Source of the DNA: Chrysomallon squamiferum
Lineage: Eukaryota > Animalia > Mollusca
Direction: 5' to 3'
NCBI GenBank assembly: GCA_012295275.1
Contig: CM022672.1
Coordinates: forward strand, 27,900,001 to 27,964,000
DNA: 64,000 nucleotides
In this document: piece by piece, positions 14,244 to 29,681 of the stretch
Layout: every line of letters begins with the position of its first letter
Numbering within the stretch: position 1 is the first letter of the stretch
Translations under genes and position numbers: made by a program
The notes under the pieces: model-generated
Told to the model about the DNA's origin: nothing
Database searches by the model: none
What the model saw: the letters and a program-made list of their open reading frames with translations, nothing else

Positions 14244-14799
14244 TCAGCTGAAATTTGCTGTTACGTAAATTATGCCGTGAGAATCTAAAAATGGACTCAG
14301 TTTGTACATACCAATGACAGTTTTTGATCAGGAGATACCTAAATTTTACTGTTTCTTTTTTTTATAATTAAAAACCTTTTTTTAAAAATATTTTGGAACT
14401 CTTTTCCTTTATGATTATTTGTCATAGATACAAACTGTTGATTGGATTTAAGTATATACCTGTAAGATTATCTGAATGCTGTAAAATATTAATGTGCATG
14501 CATACCTAGGGAGATTTGACCAGGTGGGCAGCTACGTAGCATGATGAATATTTAATATGATTTAACTAATGTCTATTTGCTACATGTGTACCAGTTTTTT
14601 ATTCTGTGGCTCAGCTCCTTGATAGGTAAATAAAATTACCTTTCAAGTCCTAGGTTAAGAGCTCAAGGTTGAAGTACCCAACTGAATTGATGAACACTTT
14701 TTTCAAGAAAGTATTCATAATTATAATGTGTTAATATACAAGTTCAACTTATATCCATATTTATTTACTGAAATGCTCGTAATTTATTTTTAATCTGAT

Positions 14800-15850
14800 T
14801 TGAACTTCACACCAGCAGTGTGTCCCTGCACTTGGTCTTTTTGTGAAGCTGAAAGCTGGAAGAGAAGTCATTTAATAGACTGTTTCATGCTATTAATAAG
14901 CATATCATTTTCTTTATCATAATCTTCAACAATACTTCGTAAGTACCATGCAACCTAAATCTGGGCTAAAGAGATCAAAGTACATTCACTGTCAGCTGAG
15001 ATTCTTTTCAGAGACAGGAATGAAGCAGTGATGAGATTAAGTACGTACAAGAATCTTAACTGAATTGAAGTGAAAAGTCGGGTCATTTTCTACAATGTTA
15101 TCAGCAGAAACAAAAAACAAGTCACTCCAACAATGTGATTGTATGCCCAATTAAGCATATTGGGTCCTGTTAAAATGTGATTTTCAAAGGTTGCCTGCAA
15201 GTCAGCCATATCAACACTATGTTTCACTGTACCACCAATACCATTAGAAGAAATCTCACCATGGCTTGTGGCAAAGAAATGCCGTTATCATAAAGGCAGT
15301 CACAAGCTTTTTCTGTGAGTTCTTGAACACATACCTTTAAGCCTGTAAGAGTGATCGTGTCTGCTTGAAATTTGCAAGCAAGAAGCTGTGACTGGAATAT
15401 ACAAAACTTAAACCTTATCATAATATGGGTGTTTCTTGGTATATTCATGGTATATTTCTTTAATATTCACTAGTAATAATCTATTTTGTTTATATTCTCT
15501 AAACCAAGTCTGGAACCTTACTTGCTGTTTGGTTTAGCTTGAATACACTTTTCCTTCTTCAGATTTCTGGCTTTCTTAACTATGTGATTTGTAACCAAGA
15601 ATTATCACAACATCTTTTCCTGGGTCCAGTTTTCTGAATTAAGAGTCAATGATTTATTTATTTTCATGTCTGGTGCAGTTTTGAACTTCAGTTTTTGAAG
15701 AACTATTGGTTTGTCGAGGTATCTGAATTTGCAGTGTCACCGTCTTTATCTGTCAACTTGATGTCTTCCATTGGTAAGTCCAGCGCATGAGCAAACTTAC
15801 AGCTGTCTGAAACTGTTTATTTTTGAGATAGGATTATTTGTCTCTTAGTT
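14800..15850 (-). pseudogene. Decayed Sola-type DNA transposase
   Basis: The minus strand at about 15284-15110 reads RHFFATSHGEISSNGIGGTVKHSVDMADLQATFENHILTGPNMLNWAYNHIVGV. This matches the WHFFATSHGKxxCDGxGGTVKR motif as I recall it from Sola transposases. An upstream fragment reads KKARNLKKEK. Many stops and frameshifts. Confidence 0.72.
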
Positions 15851-18682
15851 TATTGGTTATGATGGAGAGTATCAACCTATGATTATTCTTGTTTTAACAA
15901 CATATATCAACACTGGAATGTACACATATTAAAATCTGCATTAGTCAGCGAGATAGATTATCCTTAGCCTAATATACAAAAATATTTGGCAGCTAACCAA
16001 ACTATAACGATTTTACAAAAGTTGATCAGACATCAAATAATAAAGACATATTGCAGCTTTCCCTCATAAATAAAAATGTCTGTGTGAAAGGTATTCCAGT
16101 TACAGTTCCAAATGTTTGCAGATCTGTATGGATTCTGAGGGATTCTCATGCTAAACACAATCATTTTAGGGTTTATTTTGAATGCAACATTATTTTTCTT
16201 CCTGTATCTCCTAAATTCATAACTGTATCATTTTCACTGTTTTCATACCCACAACAAAGGCAAGGAAAAACAGTTATTTCTTTCACAAATTATTATTGGA
16301 ATGTCAATTTTTGCAATTTGGACAAGAGGTTGCTATACCTCAGTCAACCTTCCTCCTTTCTCATCTGGGTTTAGCCTTTGGGACCAGTGATAGTAGAGTG
16401 TTTGTGGTGATTTATTTTATTATTAATTACGAAAATTAGTTTAAATATAGTGAATATCAGAAACTTAGCTAATAGTTAATATATTGTCATGCCTGTATAG
16501 AATGAATGATGAATTATTTACAGCAAAGCTTAATTATATTGGCAAATAAGAAGTAAGTTCATTAGACAATACTATCACTGTGAATACAATCTTCAGCAAA
16601 TTTTATTTACATTATTCTCATTGTGCACCAGATCTGCTTTTATTTTGATTTACCTTGTAACTAATAAAAAGTAGTTTAAAAAGAAGAATGTATTACTAAT
16701 TTAACTTGTAATTAATATACTGTACATAGTGCATTTTTGTTTAGATATTTTGAATTTTTGCTTCATCTTCTTGGAACAGTGGCAAGATATGGTTTCTGTT
16801 GTTCAGTACTGGAAGTGCCAGATATATGTGCTTTCCCTCAACCCCCCCGTACTACAAAATAAATGAGTCTTCATCGAACTACAAAACTCCAGCAGAAGGA
16901 CAACAAAAGATGATAATTATAACAAATAAAAGTTTCTCGGAGACGTTTTTCTCATTAGGCCACTTGTGCAATAGGACTTTGATTTGGCAACAAAGCTGTA
17001 AGAACTATTTACAAATTCTTAATAAAGTTATTATGAAATTTTATTGTATAAATAAATTAACAGTATTAACGAAGACATTAGCTGCATTTGATCATTCATA
17101 ATTTACTTTGTATTGTGTACTTCAGGAGAATTAGTTAATTTTATAAACTTTTAGGATAAATTTTGAGATTTATGAAAAGAATGCAGCTGTCCAAAAGTAG
17201 GATTAGAATCATCCTGGAAAATATAATTTAGCCAATATTTGATTCTGTTTTCAGTTATATAAATGTATTTGCCAGTGTCACAGTTTGAGTTTGTCCTTTT
17301 TATATTGCTGATGCATAAAATGTATGTTATGTTGATATTCATATGATCCAATGCAGTAACACTGAAGAGTCTGAACATCTGATATCCCTGCAAGATTTTA
17401 TCCACTTCAAGAATTTTAAAATTCATATTTTCATTCCTCAGTATTAACATTACATTCTATTCATAATTATCATGTCCTTAGTTTTTTTACCTTTTTTCTT
17501 TTTCATTTGGAAATGAAGGTACAACTGTTTTCATTAATAAATATGTCACTATTTGGACATCTATTTCCACTATTCTCATATATGTACAAAATCATTTCCA
17601 TCTTCCAGAAATCCTGAAATAACAGAAAACTGGCTATTTTTTAAACTGACTGCTTTGAATTAGGTGCACTTTGTTTTAATTTTTGGTACATCAGTGACTG
17701 TGTTGCTATTAAAGGTGATGCTCTCGCAATATGTTATCACTTGTTTTTCAGTTTACTGTCATTTTCATTTATTATCATGTCTAAAAAAACTAGAATATTA
17801 TATAGAAATATTTTAAGAATTTTAAATCAGTTAATAAAAGATAAAAGAGACCCTTCAAAAAATGTATTGATTGCTTTTGGGAGTTTTTTTCATGGTTTAT
17901 TTTATATTCTGAGTAAAGAATCAGATTTTTTCCTGAAATTTACACAACCCCCAGTGCCAATCTTGCCAGGTAAATGGATTAGTACTGTTTTAAACATTTT
18001 CACTGTAATTTTTAGTGTGAATATTATTGATAAACCTTAATTTGCTTGTTTCTGCTTAATAAAACCATTTTATACCATAGCACTTTTTAATATGGCTGGT
18101 TTGATCACATTTGTAGTATTAATGAAATAATTTATGTGATTTTGTTTTGAACATTAATTAATAGTTTTATAAAATATTAACATCAGCTTGATATTTTAAA
18201 ATATGTACAACAGTGCTATTTTACAAATAAATTTTAATGATCATGTTGTTATTATATTCCTTTGTTCTTTAAAAATTTCAGTTTTATGAAGTGACTGTTG
18301 AAAAATTAATAAAAAGTATATTTAAAGGTTTTGTTTTTTAGTTTATATATATTTAATTTATAATTATTTAAAAAAAAAAATTCTTATTATTATTTAATGT
18401 ATAAAAGAGAATGTCAGAGAGAACATTTTAAGAACTATTATTTATTAAATTTTTATTTTTGTATTAAGTCATATACAAGCCAGTTCTCATCACTGAGAAA
18501 AACATTCCCTGATCTTAATAATGATAATAATATTGGTTGGAATGGGAAGTTACTAACTAATTTCAGTATACTGGGATTAATCCTGTGACCAAAGACTTCT
18601 AATGCTTGTTTGCTGACTGGCTGTAAAGAAATCATGTTTATTTTCTTGCACTCTTGTTTTTTATGCTTCCTGGAGAAAAGAA

Positions 18683-18935
18683 AAGGAAGGAAAGGTTTTG
18701 TTTAACAATGCACTTAAAACACTTTATTTATTGTGATATGGCATGAACAGATGGTTGATGACCACACAGATGACAAAAGAAATTCATTGCCACCACTTCA
18801 TGGGCTACACTGACTACTAGCAAAGAGCGAGCTGCAGAACACAGAATATGGCACTGGGTTCTGGCTCGAATGATACACAGGCTAAAATGGTTCATCAAGA
18901 GGAAACTAGCCAGTGTATATTCCAGTGGATGCTCC
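18683..18935 (-). mobile_element. Degenerate SINE copy (gastropod-type repeat with AAGG tail)
   Basis: aaggaaggaaaggttttgtttaacaatgcacttaaaacactttattt...gaccacacagatg...gccaccacttcatgggctac resembles, from memory, an abundant gastropod SINE. Related fragments lie at 55815-56030 and 60268-60345. Confidence 0.6.
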
Positions 18936-19419
18936 GATTTTGATTAAAATATTCATTTATTATTACTGCTTTGTTGTTGTTACACAAGTTCACTACACAA
19001 CCTTTATTCTCGAAACTGGTTTTATCTCAGAATTTTTTTATATTATATATATATAAAAGTTTCCCACCAATTTGCCATTCTTTTTAATAAAAACTGCTTT
19101 AATACAAACTCACTCATAATGAAAAAGTGAAATGAACAATTTCTTATGATCGTTTTGAACAGAAGGGTCATAACTACGTCATGTTGGGATTTGGACCGCA
19201 GTTGTCAGCGTGTTCGTTAATCACGACGATCTGCTAAACAGGAATTTCAGCTAGAAACGTCATTCAGGACGACAACTTCGTGTGCATTTAAAACGATGCA
19301 TGAATCTTTTTGTGACTGACTGGTGTCGTGATACGGAGTTCGCCAAGCTAGTCATTCGTTGGAAGCTGAAATCTATCTTTTTTTTCTCTTTTGTTTTGAA
19401 TTAATTAATTAATTAATTA

Positions 19420-19463
<44 letters not shown>

Positions 19464-19532
19464 TCAATTCAAAAGTAAAATTTTAATTAACACATTAAAT
19501 TAATGAATAGTAAAGTAGTAAGTTTTATTTAT

Positions 19533-19638
<106 letters not shown>

Positions 19639-20025
19639 TTATATGTAAATATATTTCATTTGGGATTCGCATTGTTCATTGGGTATCTATTAATGATTAT
19701 ATTCTTTTACTGTGGTGATCGTGATTTTCAAAGCAATTTATTTCTTAATTTATGAAATAAGGTTTATTTTTGTTTCTTTATCTTCTCCATTACCGACAGT
19801 AAATGAAAAATTTGAACTTATACAACGTAATAATTCTCCAGACTTTCTCAGTTTATTAATAAAAAGAAAACACGGTTAATAATTTACATATAAATCCATT
19901 AATTTATAATAGCAACAAAAGAGAAAAAACAAAACAAAAAACATTAAAAAACGTTTCAGTTCAAATTGTTGTTTAGAAAATACCGTTTACATTAAAATTG
20001 TTTACGTTAGTAAATAGAAATTTAT

Positions 20026-21731
<1,706 letters not shown>

Positions 21732-22027
21732 TTTGTCTAAAAAAGAAAGAAAGAAAAACATTTTATTTTGGAATTATTATTTGGATGTAAAATTATACAA
21801 GGAAAACCAAATATACATTTCCTAATTCCTTAATTAATAACAATGTATTTATAACTTTTAGTAAATAGTGTAACATTAATTTTTATTTAAAACGTATATA
21901 TATATATATAAACGCTGGCTAAAGTTACACTCTTACTCGATAAAAAAATTTGAAACTTAGATAAGGAAGTATACTTAACAGAAATTTTAAAACTAACTGA
22001 TTCAAAATATTGTAAATCCCTGTGTCA

Positions 22028-22075
<48 letters not shown>

Positions 22076-22150
22076 GCTGAATCGATGCTTACCTGAAGAA
22101 TAATTTGTAAAGAATTCTGAGTGTGTAACTGTGAGGTAGGTGGTCGTGTG

Positions 22151-22173
22151 TTTTATACCCCTTATCTGATAAG
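22151..22173 (-). promoter_or_regulatory. TATA box and inverted GATA pair of EF-hand gene A
   Basis: Minus-strand gggTATAAAA at 22160-22151 lies about 60 nt upstream of a CAG|GTAAGC donor at 22093/22092. CTTATC-T-GATAAG is at 22161-22173. Confidence 0.6.
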
Positions 22174-22305
22174 AAACAACGTCAATGTTCTGCTGGGTTA
22201 CGTTCAACTAATCCTTTCTTTCTCTATCTTTTTCTTTTCATTTTTCTTTTCTTCTTCTTCTTTTTTTTTATTATTCTTTTTATTTATTTATTTATTAAAC
22301 AACCC

Positions 22306-22339
<34 letters not shown>

Positions 22340-23412
22340 AACGAATAAATAAAAAATAAAATAAAATAAATAAATAAATAAAAATAAAATATTAAAAAAT
22401 AAAAACATAATAAAATAAATTAAAAAAAAATAATAATAAAAAATAAAGACGAGAGAAACTAAGATGTCACTGTTGGGTTAAGATTATCAAGGTAATAAAC
22501 GTGAAATTTTAGTACTGTTTTATACAGAGCGAAAATATAAATTATACAAACCTGTTCTTTTTCGATGTGCAAAATTAGAATTGGAGGCATACACTAATGA
22601 TGTGAAGATGAACCTAGTGCCCCCTTTCTTGCCAAACTGTGATTCATCATCATCATAATCATCATCATCATCATTAATTAATATTGTTCTTTAGTTTCCT
22701 CATAATGATAATATGCCCTCTAGACTGTTTTTGTTTAAAAAAAATTGTTAAAATATATTGTTCTGTCATACAATAACACTGCTTTGTTAATAGCAGAACG
22801 TATCTTGTTTAACGTTGTTTACATTAATTCATAAATTACTCACGGGGAACGAAAATAAAATATTAAATTCTCCAAGAAATGTAAATCCCTAAAGCAGTGA
22901 TTCCCGCACGCCTCAGAAGGGGGGGGGGTGTTGGCTATAATGGGGGCAATATGAAAGTGATATAATAGACCAAACTCCCAGTAAAATGTATAAATCGGAT
23001 GACGTGAGAAACTTTGTCTTTGCTCGTTTTTGTTTTTCCAGTGTCTGGTTTTGTTTGGACTTCGCTGTATTTTATAATATGCCTTTTCTGAATTTTCAAG
23101 TTAGCTGAATTGACATTCTGCGATGACGTAGATTGAACGAATATTGTATTACTAATATTTAACATGTATTAGTTTCTCTGTAGATTTTCACGATGAGAAA
23201 ACAAAGATAACGACACACCTGATTTTACTCACTGACACGCCCGCTGACAGCTCACACTGGGATGATAAAACGTTACTGATTTCCACCTGTTTGTGTGGGT
23301 GATATTCAGACAAAAGTCTTCTGAAAAACTTGTTAGAATCGAAAACAAATGGACTTTCACACGGTTTTAAAAAAAATATATTAAAGTTTATTTTACATTA
23401 ACTGATGTACGT

Positions 23413-23550
<138 letters not shown>

Positions 23551-23790
23551 AAAATTTATAACCTTTAATTTTATTTATTTAGGTACTTTCTAGACAAAGC
23601 TATATAATAAGTGATACAGAGGAAGAAATTAACATTTTGTTTTATTTTATGTTACATTTTTGGAAAAATTAATAATTTGTAATTGGATAAATATATTTTC
23701 TGAGAATTACTTTTGTGCACTAACTATTTAAAAAAAAACAGTTAAAGCGAAATCCTTAAAGACGAAACAGCTCTTACTAATTATTTTCCA

Positions 23791-23870
23791 TACTGTGATA
23801 CTTGTCTTGTAGGGACACCTATGTGGACGAGCACAAGTGTCACTACATCGCAGGTGTGCTGTCATCAGAG
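23791..23870. mobile_element. One end of a pogo/Tc1-type MITE
   Basis: tactgtgatacttgtcttgtagggacacct...gtgtcactacatcgcaggtgt resembles TA-CAGTG...GGGACACC termini. I did not find the other end. Confidence 0.35.
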
Positions 23871-24099
23871 GAATAAAACGACAGACAATTTTTTAAAACT
23901 TATTTACTATCTTTATTCACATGCACCATACCAGTATGTACAAAAACCATAAATCGTCGTAGCCAGGCACTGACATAGCAAGTAGCACGGCTTTCTCCTG
24001 AAACACAGTTGCAAATATATCGAGTTCATTGATGGATGTAAATATTAACTCACGATATTGCGTTTGAAACCCAACTAGAGTTCCGATTTATGCCAACCG

Positions 24100-24138
<39 letters not shown>

Positions 24139-24598
24139 AAAGGATAAAAAGAAAGGAAAAGTGCAATGTTTATAAAACATAAATATATGCATGGTATGAT
24201 GTTGATTGATTGAATAATCAAACTTTTGTACCAAATGGGTTCATCAAAAATATCACCATCTTTAAAAATATCGCACAGAGCTTCCGTACAATGAAATATT
24301 ATTTATTTTGGAAAAAACAAATCGGAGTAATTGTCGTAATAATCATTTTAAAAAAGGTGAAAAACAGTCGGGACTCTGAAAGGTGTCAGCACATCGTAGT
24401 GTATACCTCTGTCAGATGAAAGAAAGAATAACCATTATAGAATTAATCAACGAACAACCAAACATTGTGTCGTATTTTAATATTAATCACAAGCAGTAAA
24501 TTATGTACCAGACACAGAGACCGAATCTGAATAGGAAATAACTAAGAAAAAAAATACTATTGTGTATTGTTGATGTCGCATCGTTGTTGTTGTTTTTT

Positions 24599-25284
24599 GA
24601 CTTACGAGTACCCCGACTTACGAGTTTTCCGAGTTACAAGCAGTCGCTTGGGCAATTTTTTGCTTTGAATTGCGAGCCAAAATCCGAGTTACGCCGCCGC
24701 CAGTTGGCTCAGCGAACAGCACAACACCCGACCAGCATCCGCGTCTCACTCGTTTACTTCACGTGGTGCCCTCGCCGAGGAAACATCTCTGTTGTGTTGA
24801 TTTCGCGTTTTGTGCAGTATTTTGACAAATTTCTTTTTCTGACAATGGATCGTAAGAAAGTGAGTGCAAAGGACAGTGAAGAAAAGAAGACTCGGATGAT
24901 GTCCATTGAATTAAAACATGATGTCATAGAAAGAAATGGGCGAGGTGTACTGGGCTAGGCAGTACGAGCGTCGTACCATGCAGAAGCAGAAGGAGTCGAT
25001 AAAGGCTGTGTAAATGAAGCCGAAGGAAAAATAATTTGTCTGATCTCCAAGATAAAAACACTTTACAAAATCAATGTATTTCTTTACATTCTCTTATAAT
25101 TTGTTTTTACAATATTTGTCATTTATAAATACATTTTTCTTATTTAAAAAACGTTACAAAAAATGGGATGGTTTGAGGGGCTGGAACGGTTTAATGGTAT
25201 TTCAATTAATTTCAGTTCGGAAAATTGATTTGATAGACTAGCAAAATTGAACTATAATTAAACTCGTAAGTCGAGGTACCATTG
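24599..25284 (+). mobile_element. Tigger/pogo-derived non-autonomous element, copy 1
   Basis: TIR-like ends gacttacgag... and ...ctcgtaagtcgaggtaccattg. Contains a CENP-B-type HTH N-terminus, MDRKKVSAKDSEEKKTRMMSIELKHDVIERNGRGV, and is internally deleted. Confidence 0.85.
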
Positions 25285-25399
25285 GGTGTATCTGTGTACT
25301 CTGGTAGTGATGTTGATGAGTGTGTACATATGAGTGAATAGCATACCGCAAAATAACTAGATGGCACTGATTGAACAAATGTACAGTTTAAAAGCTAAC

Positions 25400-26830
25400 C
25401 AAAGCCGAACTACATCAGTCATCATGGCTAACGCGTACGTGGAGGTCGAATTTAACGACAACTACAAAGGCGGACACTTCCTTGTATACAGCGATTTTCA
25501 GTTCAGTGTAAAATCCCGATATAAAAAGATACCACTTATTAGGGTTGTAGGTATCAGATGAGAGGTTGCCAAGCTTTTGAACAAGATGAAGAAGAGGACT
25601 ATAGAAGAAGTCACTCCTATACCTGCCAGTTATGAGGAAGAGGTATCAACTAAACAGTATGGCTTGTGAGAGAATAATATTACTTTTAAAGGTTATTATT
25701 ACTAATAGATGTAGAAGTCATGTACCAATCACCTACACATATTACATCGTAAATGCAGTATGTTTTTGGCGTTTTGATAACATAATAAAAATAGTGGATG
25801 CCAAACATGTTAAGAGAAAGGTACAATGTCATAATGATATTATGTCTTCATAATTTTTGTCTATGTCTGTTCAACAAGAAACCGAATATCTGGTGAAGAA
25901 GGTCCTGCTCTACGACTCCTATTTATCTTCACTGTACCGCCAGCGAGCCAAACTGCTACCTCCTCTGCCGAAAACTCACCAACATCTGAACTTAGGAGGC
26001 AGACGACTGCAGGCGAGAACTCTATCGTTATAGACAACGACGACAACTTGCGTCACCTCGCAGATACCTGGTTTTGTGATGGAACCTTCAAGCCTTGCCC
26101 CAAACTACCAGGTGTAAACTGTTCATGCGTTCATTGTTGTTGACATGTTTCCACTTATTTACGGTCTCCTTCCTGACACGAAAGACTCAACCTACCAGCA
26201 GTTGTTCACCGCAATCCAGAATGCATCCCCTGAAAGTCGGGCCCCGACTCGTATCTTCATGGACTTTGAGTCAGCAGCATGGAACGGTGTTTTCTTCGTG
26301 TTTCCAGGTATCGAAATGAATAAATGTTTTGTCATTACATCCAGGGTATCATCCGATACTCACGAGAATCATGCAAACTAGCCATCCCTTTTAGGGATAA
26401 CGATGATGCTGCTGTTCTCCCACAAGTACCGTTAGATCGACTGGATGACGTGTAGCTGCATGCTATTGATCGTAGGATTTCCCGACATCGACAAGTTCGC
26501 AGACTCTGTAACTGAACATGGGTGACTAGAGACAGCAGATCTGCATGGAACCACTACGAAACCACTGGCCCGCGTTCAACAAACCATGTTTGAAGGCTGG
26601 CATCATAAACTGAACAATCTAGTGAAGTCGCCACATCCAAACATTTACAAACTGCTCAACACTATAAAGAACCTGCAAGCCAAAAACGAAAAAGCAGTTA
26701 TACAACTTGCGGCTCTGGTCGACGGAAGTATCGTGACATTGAAAACAAACTTCAGAATTTGAAACTCCGTTTTCAACAAGGACACGTGCCAGGTAAGGAC
26801 TATACCGATGCAGCTTCATTCTACTTTAAC
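25400..26830 (+). pseudogene. Decayed Mutator-like (MULE, FLYWCH-type) transposase
   Basis: Fragments KGGHFLVYSDFQF, LRHLADTWFCDGTFKPCP, FPLIYGLLPDTKDSTYQQLF, IFMDFESAAWNGVFFVFPG, WNHYETTGPRSTNH, EGWHHKLNNLVKSPHPNIYKLL, interrupted by frameshifts and stops. Confidence 0.85.
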
Positions 26831-27521
26831 TTTTGAATTGTTTCAATGCACATGTTTGAGAACCTCTTCACGGCTGTTAGTAAATGAATGAATGAATAAA
26901 TCATTTGAAATGAAGGTGTTTCCATGTGGGTTTTTCATTACACCCAAGTGTATCATCCGATACTGCAAACTAGCCATGCAAACTAGCCATGCAAACTAGC
27001 CATGAAAACTAGCCATCCCTTTTAGGGACAACGCTGATGAACAGAGGTATTGATACAGACAATAACACGAATACAATAGTCTGACCAAAGTTAATTCCAT
27101 ACCACCCAACTCCCACCTACCCAAAACCCAATGCTGTTGTAATAGATTGACTTGGTTAGGTTTTTGGCTAGGTGGGAGGATACCCATTAGGAATTTGAGA
27201 GGAAGAAAGGTCTGGAACATTTATTAAGTTTTGTATCATAATTCTGACCCAGTTAATCTGTCCAAGTACTGTAAATTGCAGACTCGTTTTGTCAAACGTT
27301 TCACCGGTTAATAAACGTCAGTAGCCAGAGAAAATCCTGTCACAAGTACATGTATTGTGTTTAGCGAAGTTAGTTAGCGATGCCAAACTGAAAATTGTAT
27401 ATTGACTGTAAGTAGACCTATATAATCTGTAAATAGATCTGTCTTATCAATTGTTAGTGAAATGGGGGTGGGGATGTTGTGTTTTGTGAACCGTAACAGA
27501 CCTAGGACTAGCTTAGACAGA

Positions 27522-28390
27522 CAGTGGCGTAACTAGAGGGGGGCAGCATTGTAGGGGGGCAGCGGGAGGAAACATTCGATTTGCCAATTAATGAACTGGG
27601 CAAATTCATTGTGAGTTTCAATTAATGAACTGGGCAATTTGGCCGTAATATATTTAAATGCATCTACAATACAGTTGCAGACAACTTGTCTTGTGGACTG
27701 CAGGTCTGAGGAGGGATTTCAAAAACGTTTTGCTACTGAAATTGCAAATGAACTAGAGATAGTACCAGAGTTTGAAACAGATCAAATTAGAATCAGGAAA
27801 AAGAGACAGCAGTTTAAATATGAGACCCAGGCACCACAAGATCCAACACAGAAAGTTAAAGTAAGTTTTTACTATGCAGTTTTAGGCATGACCATAGAAT
27901 CTATTGATGAGAAATTCCTATAGCTACAACATTATAATTCACGCATTGGCTTTCTGTATAATATGCAGTGTAAAGGATAAATTTACTGATGATATACTTA
28001 AGGGCTGCAAGAATTTGGAAATATCTTTGATGCATAATGGAAGCAGAGGATCTATGCTGTGAATGTTTAGCCATAGCTCGAAGACTACCGAAGTCTATGT
28101 CACTATAGAAGTACTCCTTTTCACACTCCAACAAAAACATTTTGATAATTTCCCTAATGTTGCTATTGCATTGAGGACCCTTCTCACACTTCCAGTATCA
28201 GTGACAAGTGGTGAGTGTAGTTTCTCAAAGCTCACTCATAAAATCTTACATTTGCTCTACGATATTGCAAGAGAGATCAGTTGGCTTGGCAGCTATAACA
28301 ACTGAACATGCTCAGGCTTCATCACTTGATTTAACTGAACTGCTTAATAGCTTTGCTGAGGAAAAGGCAAGCAAAGTGTTATTTTGAAAT
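27522..28390 (+). mobile_element. hAT transposon relic (ZMYM1-like transposase C-terminus)
   Basis: A hAT-like terminus cagtggcgtaactagaggggggg at 27522. Fragments RIRKKRQQFKYE, KVSFYYAVL and FPNVAIALRTLLTLPVSVTSGECSFSKL (hAT dimerisation motif). Confidence 0.85.
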
Positions 28391-29049
28391 GTCTTTCAGC
28401 CAAAATTGGTTTTAGGTGTATTAGTATTGATTATCTATTTAACTGTCGATTATACTGTTAGTTCATCACTAATGTCTGTCTTTATGTTTGTTTATTCTTG
28501 TCTTAATTTTGAAAATAAAATGACATCAAGTTGTGTTTGTTGGGGATATCTTGACATTTGAGAACAGAGGTGTAATGGTTTTTTTTTTAAGTTATCCTTG
28601 TCTGTGCTCAGATGTTGAATTTATTTATTTTTTGAATTTATTGTTTATAAGTTGTATCTTTACTCCCCCTAAAAGTTTCACAAAATGTATTTATTTAAAA
28701 TACATATTTTTGCATGTTAAATTCAGAAAATAAATGATATTTAAAAAAACAAAAAAAAATAAAAATAAAAATATTTAATCTTTATCCCGAAAGAAGTTAT
28801 TTTCATAAAGTAAAATGACTAAATCCTTGTTCATATTGTTATTATTATTATAATTCTTACTATTATTATTATTCTTATTATTCTTATTATTATTATTTAC
28901 TATTTATTTATTTATTTATAATTAAATCTCAAATTTTAAAATGTTTTGAAATTTTAAAAATAATGTGTCCAGTTATGTCCACATCTTATATAAATAACAG
29001 ATACGTAAAACGTGTGATAGGACATCCAAAAATAGAAAACCTCTTTATT

Positions 29050-29066
29050 CTTATCTTCAAGATAAG
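29050..29066 (+). promoter_or_regulatory. Inverted GATA pair upstream of EF-hand gene B
   Basis: CTTATC-ttcaa-GATAAG lies about 100 nt upstream of a probable 5'UTR donor (TCG|GTAGGT, 29167/29168). Confidence 0.4.
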
Positions 29067-29681
29067 CCCATCCTTTTGGAACTTAGCGTGTGCAAATATC
29101 TATAACTAACTTTTTAAGTAGCTTGAGACATTTTTAGATTATCACTTGGTGCTATTTGATCTATTCGGTAGGTCCACTGTCTTTTCTCGCTTTCATTTCC
29201 TTTATAAATTAATATTCCATTTCGAGGATATTTAGATTTATTTTAACTACAATTTATTTTAATTTGTTTTATTATGTTTTTTAATTCTAATTCCTTTGGC
29301 TTATTCTTAATTGCTATCTCTTCAGTTCTCGAGAGTAGAAAAAGTCAATTTTTCTCAAGACAGGGAAAATGTATTTGACTTGTGAAACCAAACTCTACAT
29401 TCATATACATACATAAATTCAGATTACAATTTATCTGATTTCAGACTCTTAATTCTAAATATCCTTTGCGTCTACGTTTGAAATTTTCATTTTAAATGTA
29501 TTCAGTGTATATATCTTAAATGTAAATATATCTGGTACAATCAAGATAGATAGACACACAGACAGACAGATATAAAATTGAAATAAATAGAACATTTTAA
29601 AAAATGTACAGGAGTTAAACAAATTGAGATATTTGATATTAGAAATCGAACAGTAATGAAAAGTTTTCTGGTGTTTCAGAC

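Noticed and set aside
23261-23325. C/D box snoRNA-like arrangement (ATGATAA...CTGA...GTGATA...CTGA)
   Set aside because: Box C is imperfect, there is no terminal stem, it is not intronic, and I recognise no rRNA guide sequence.
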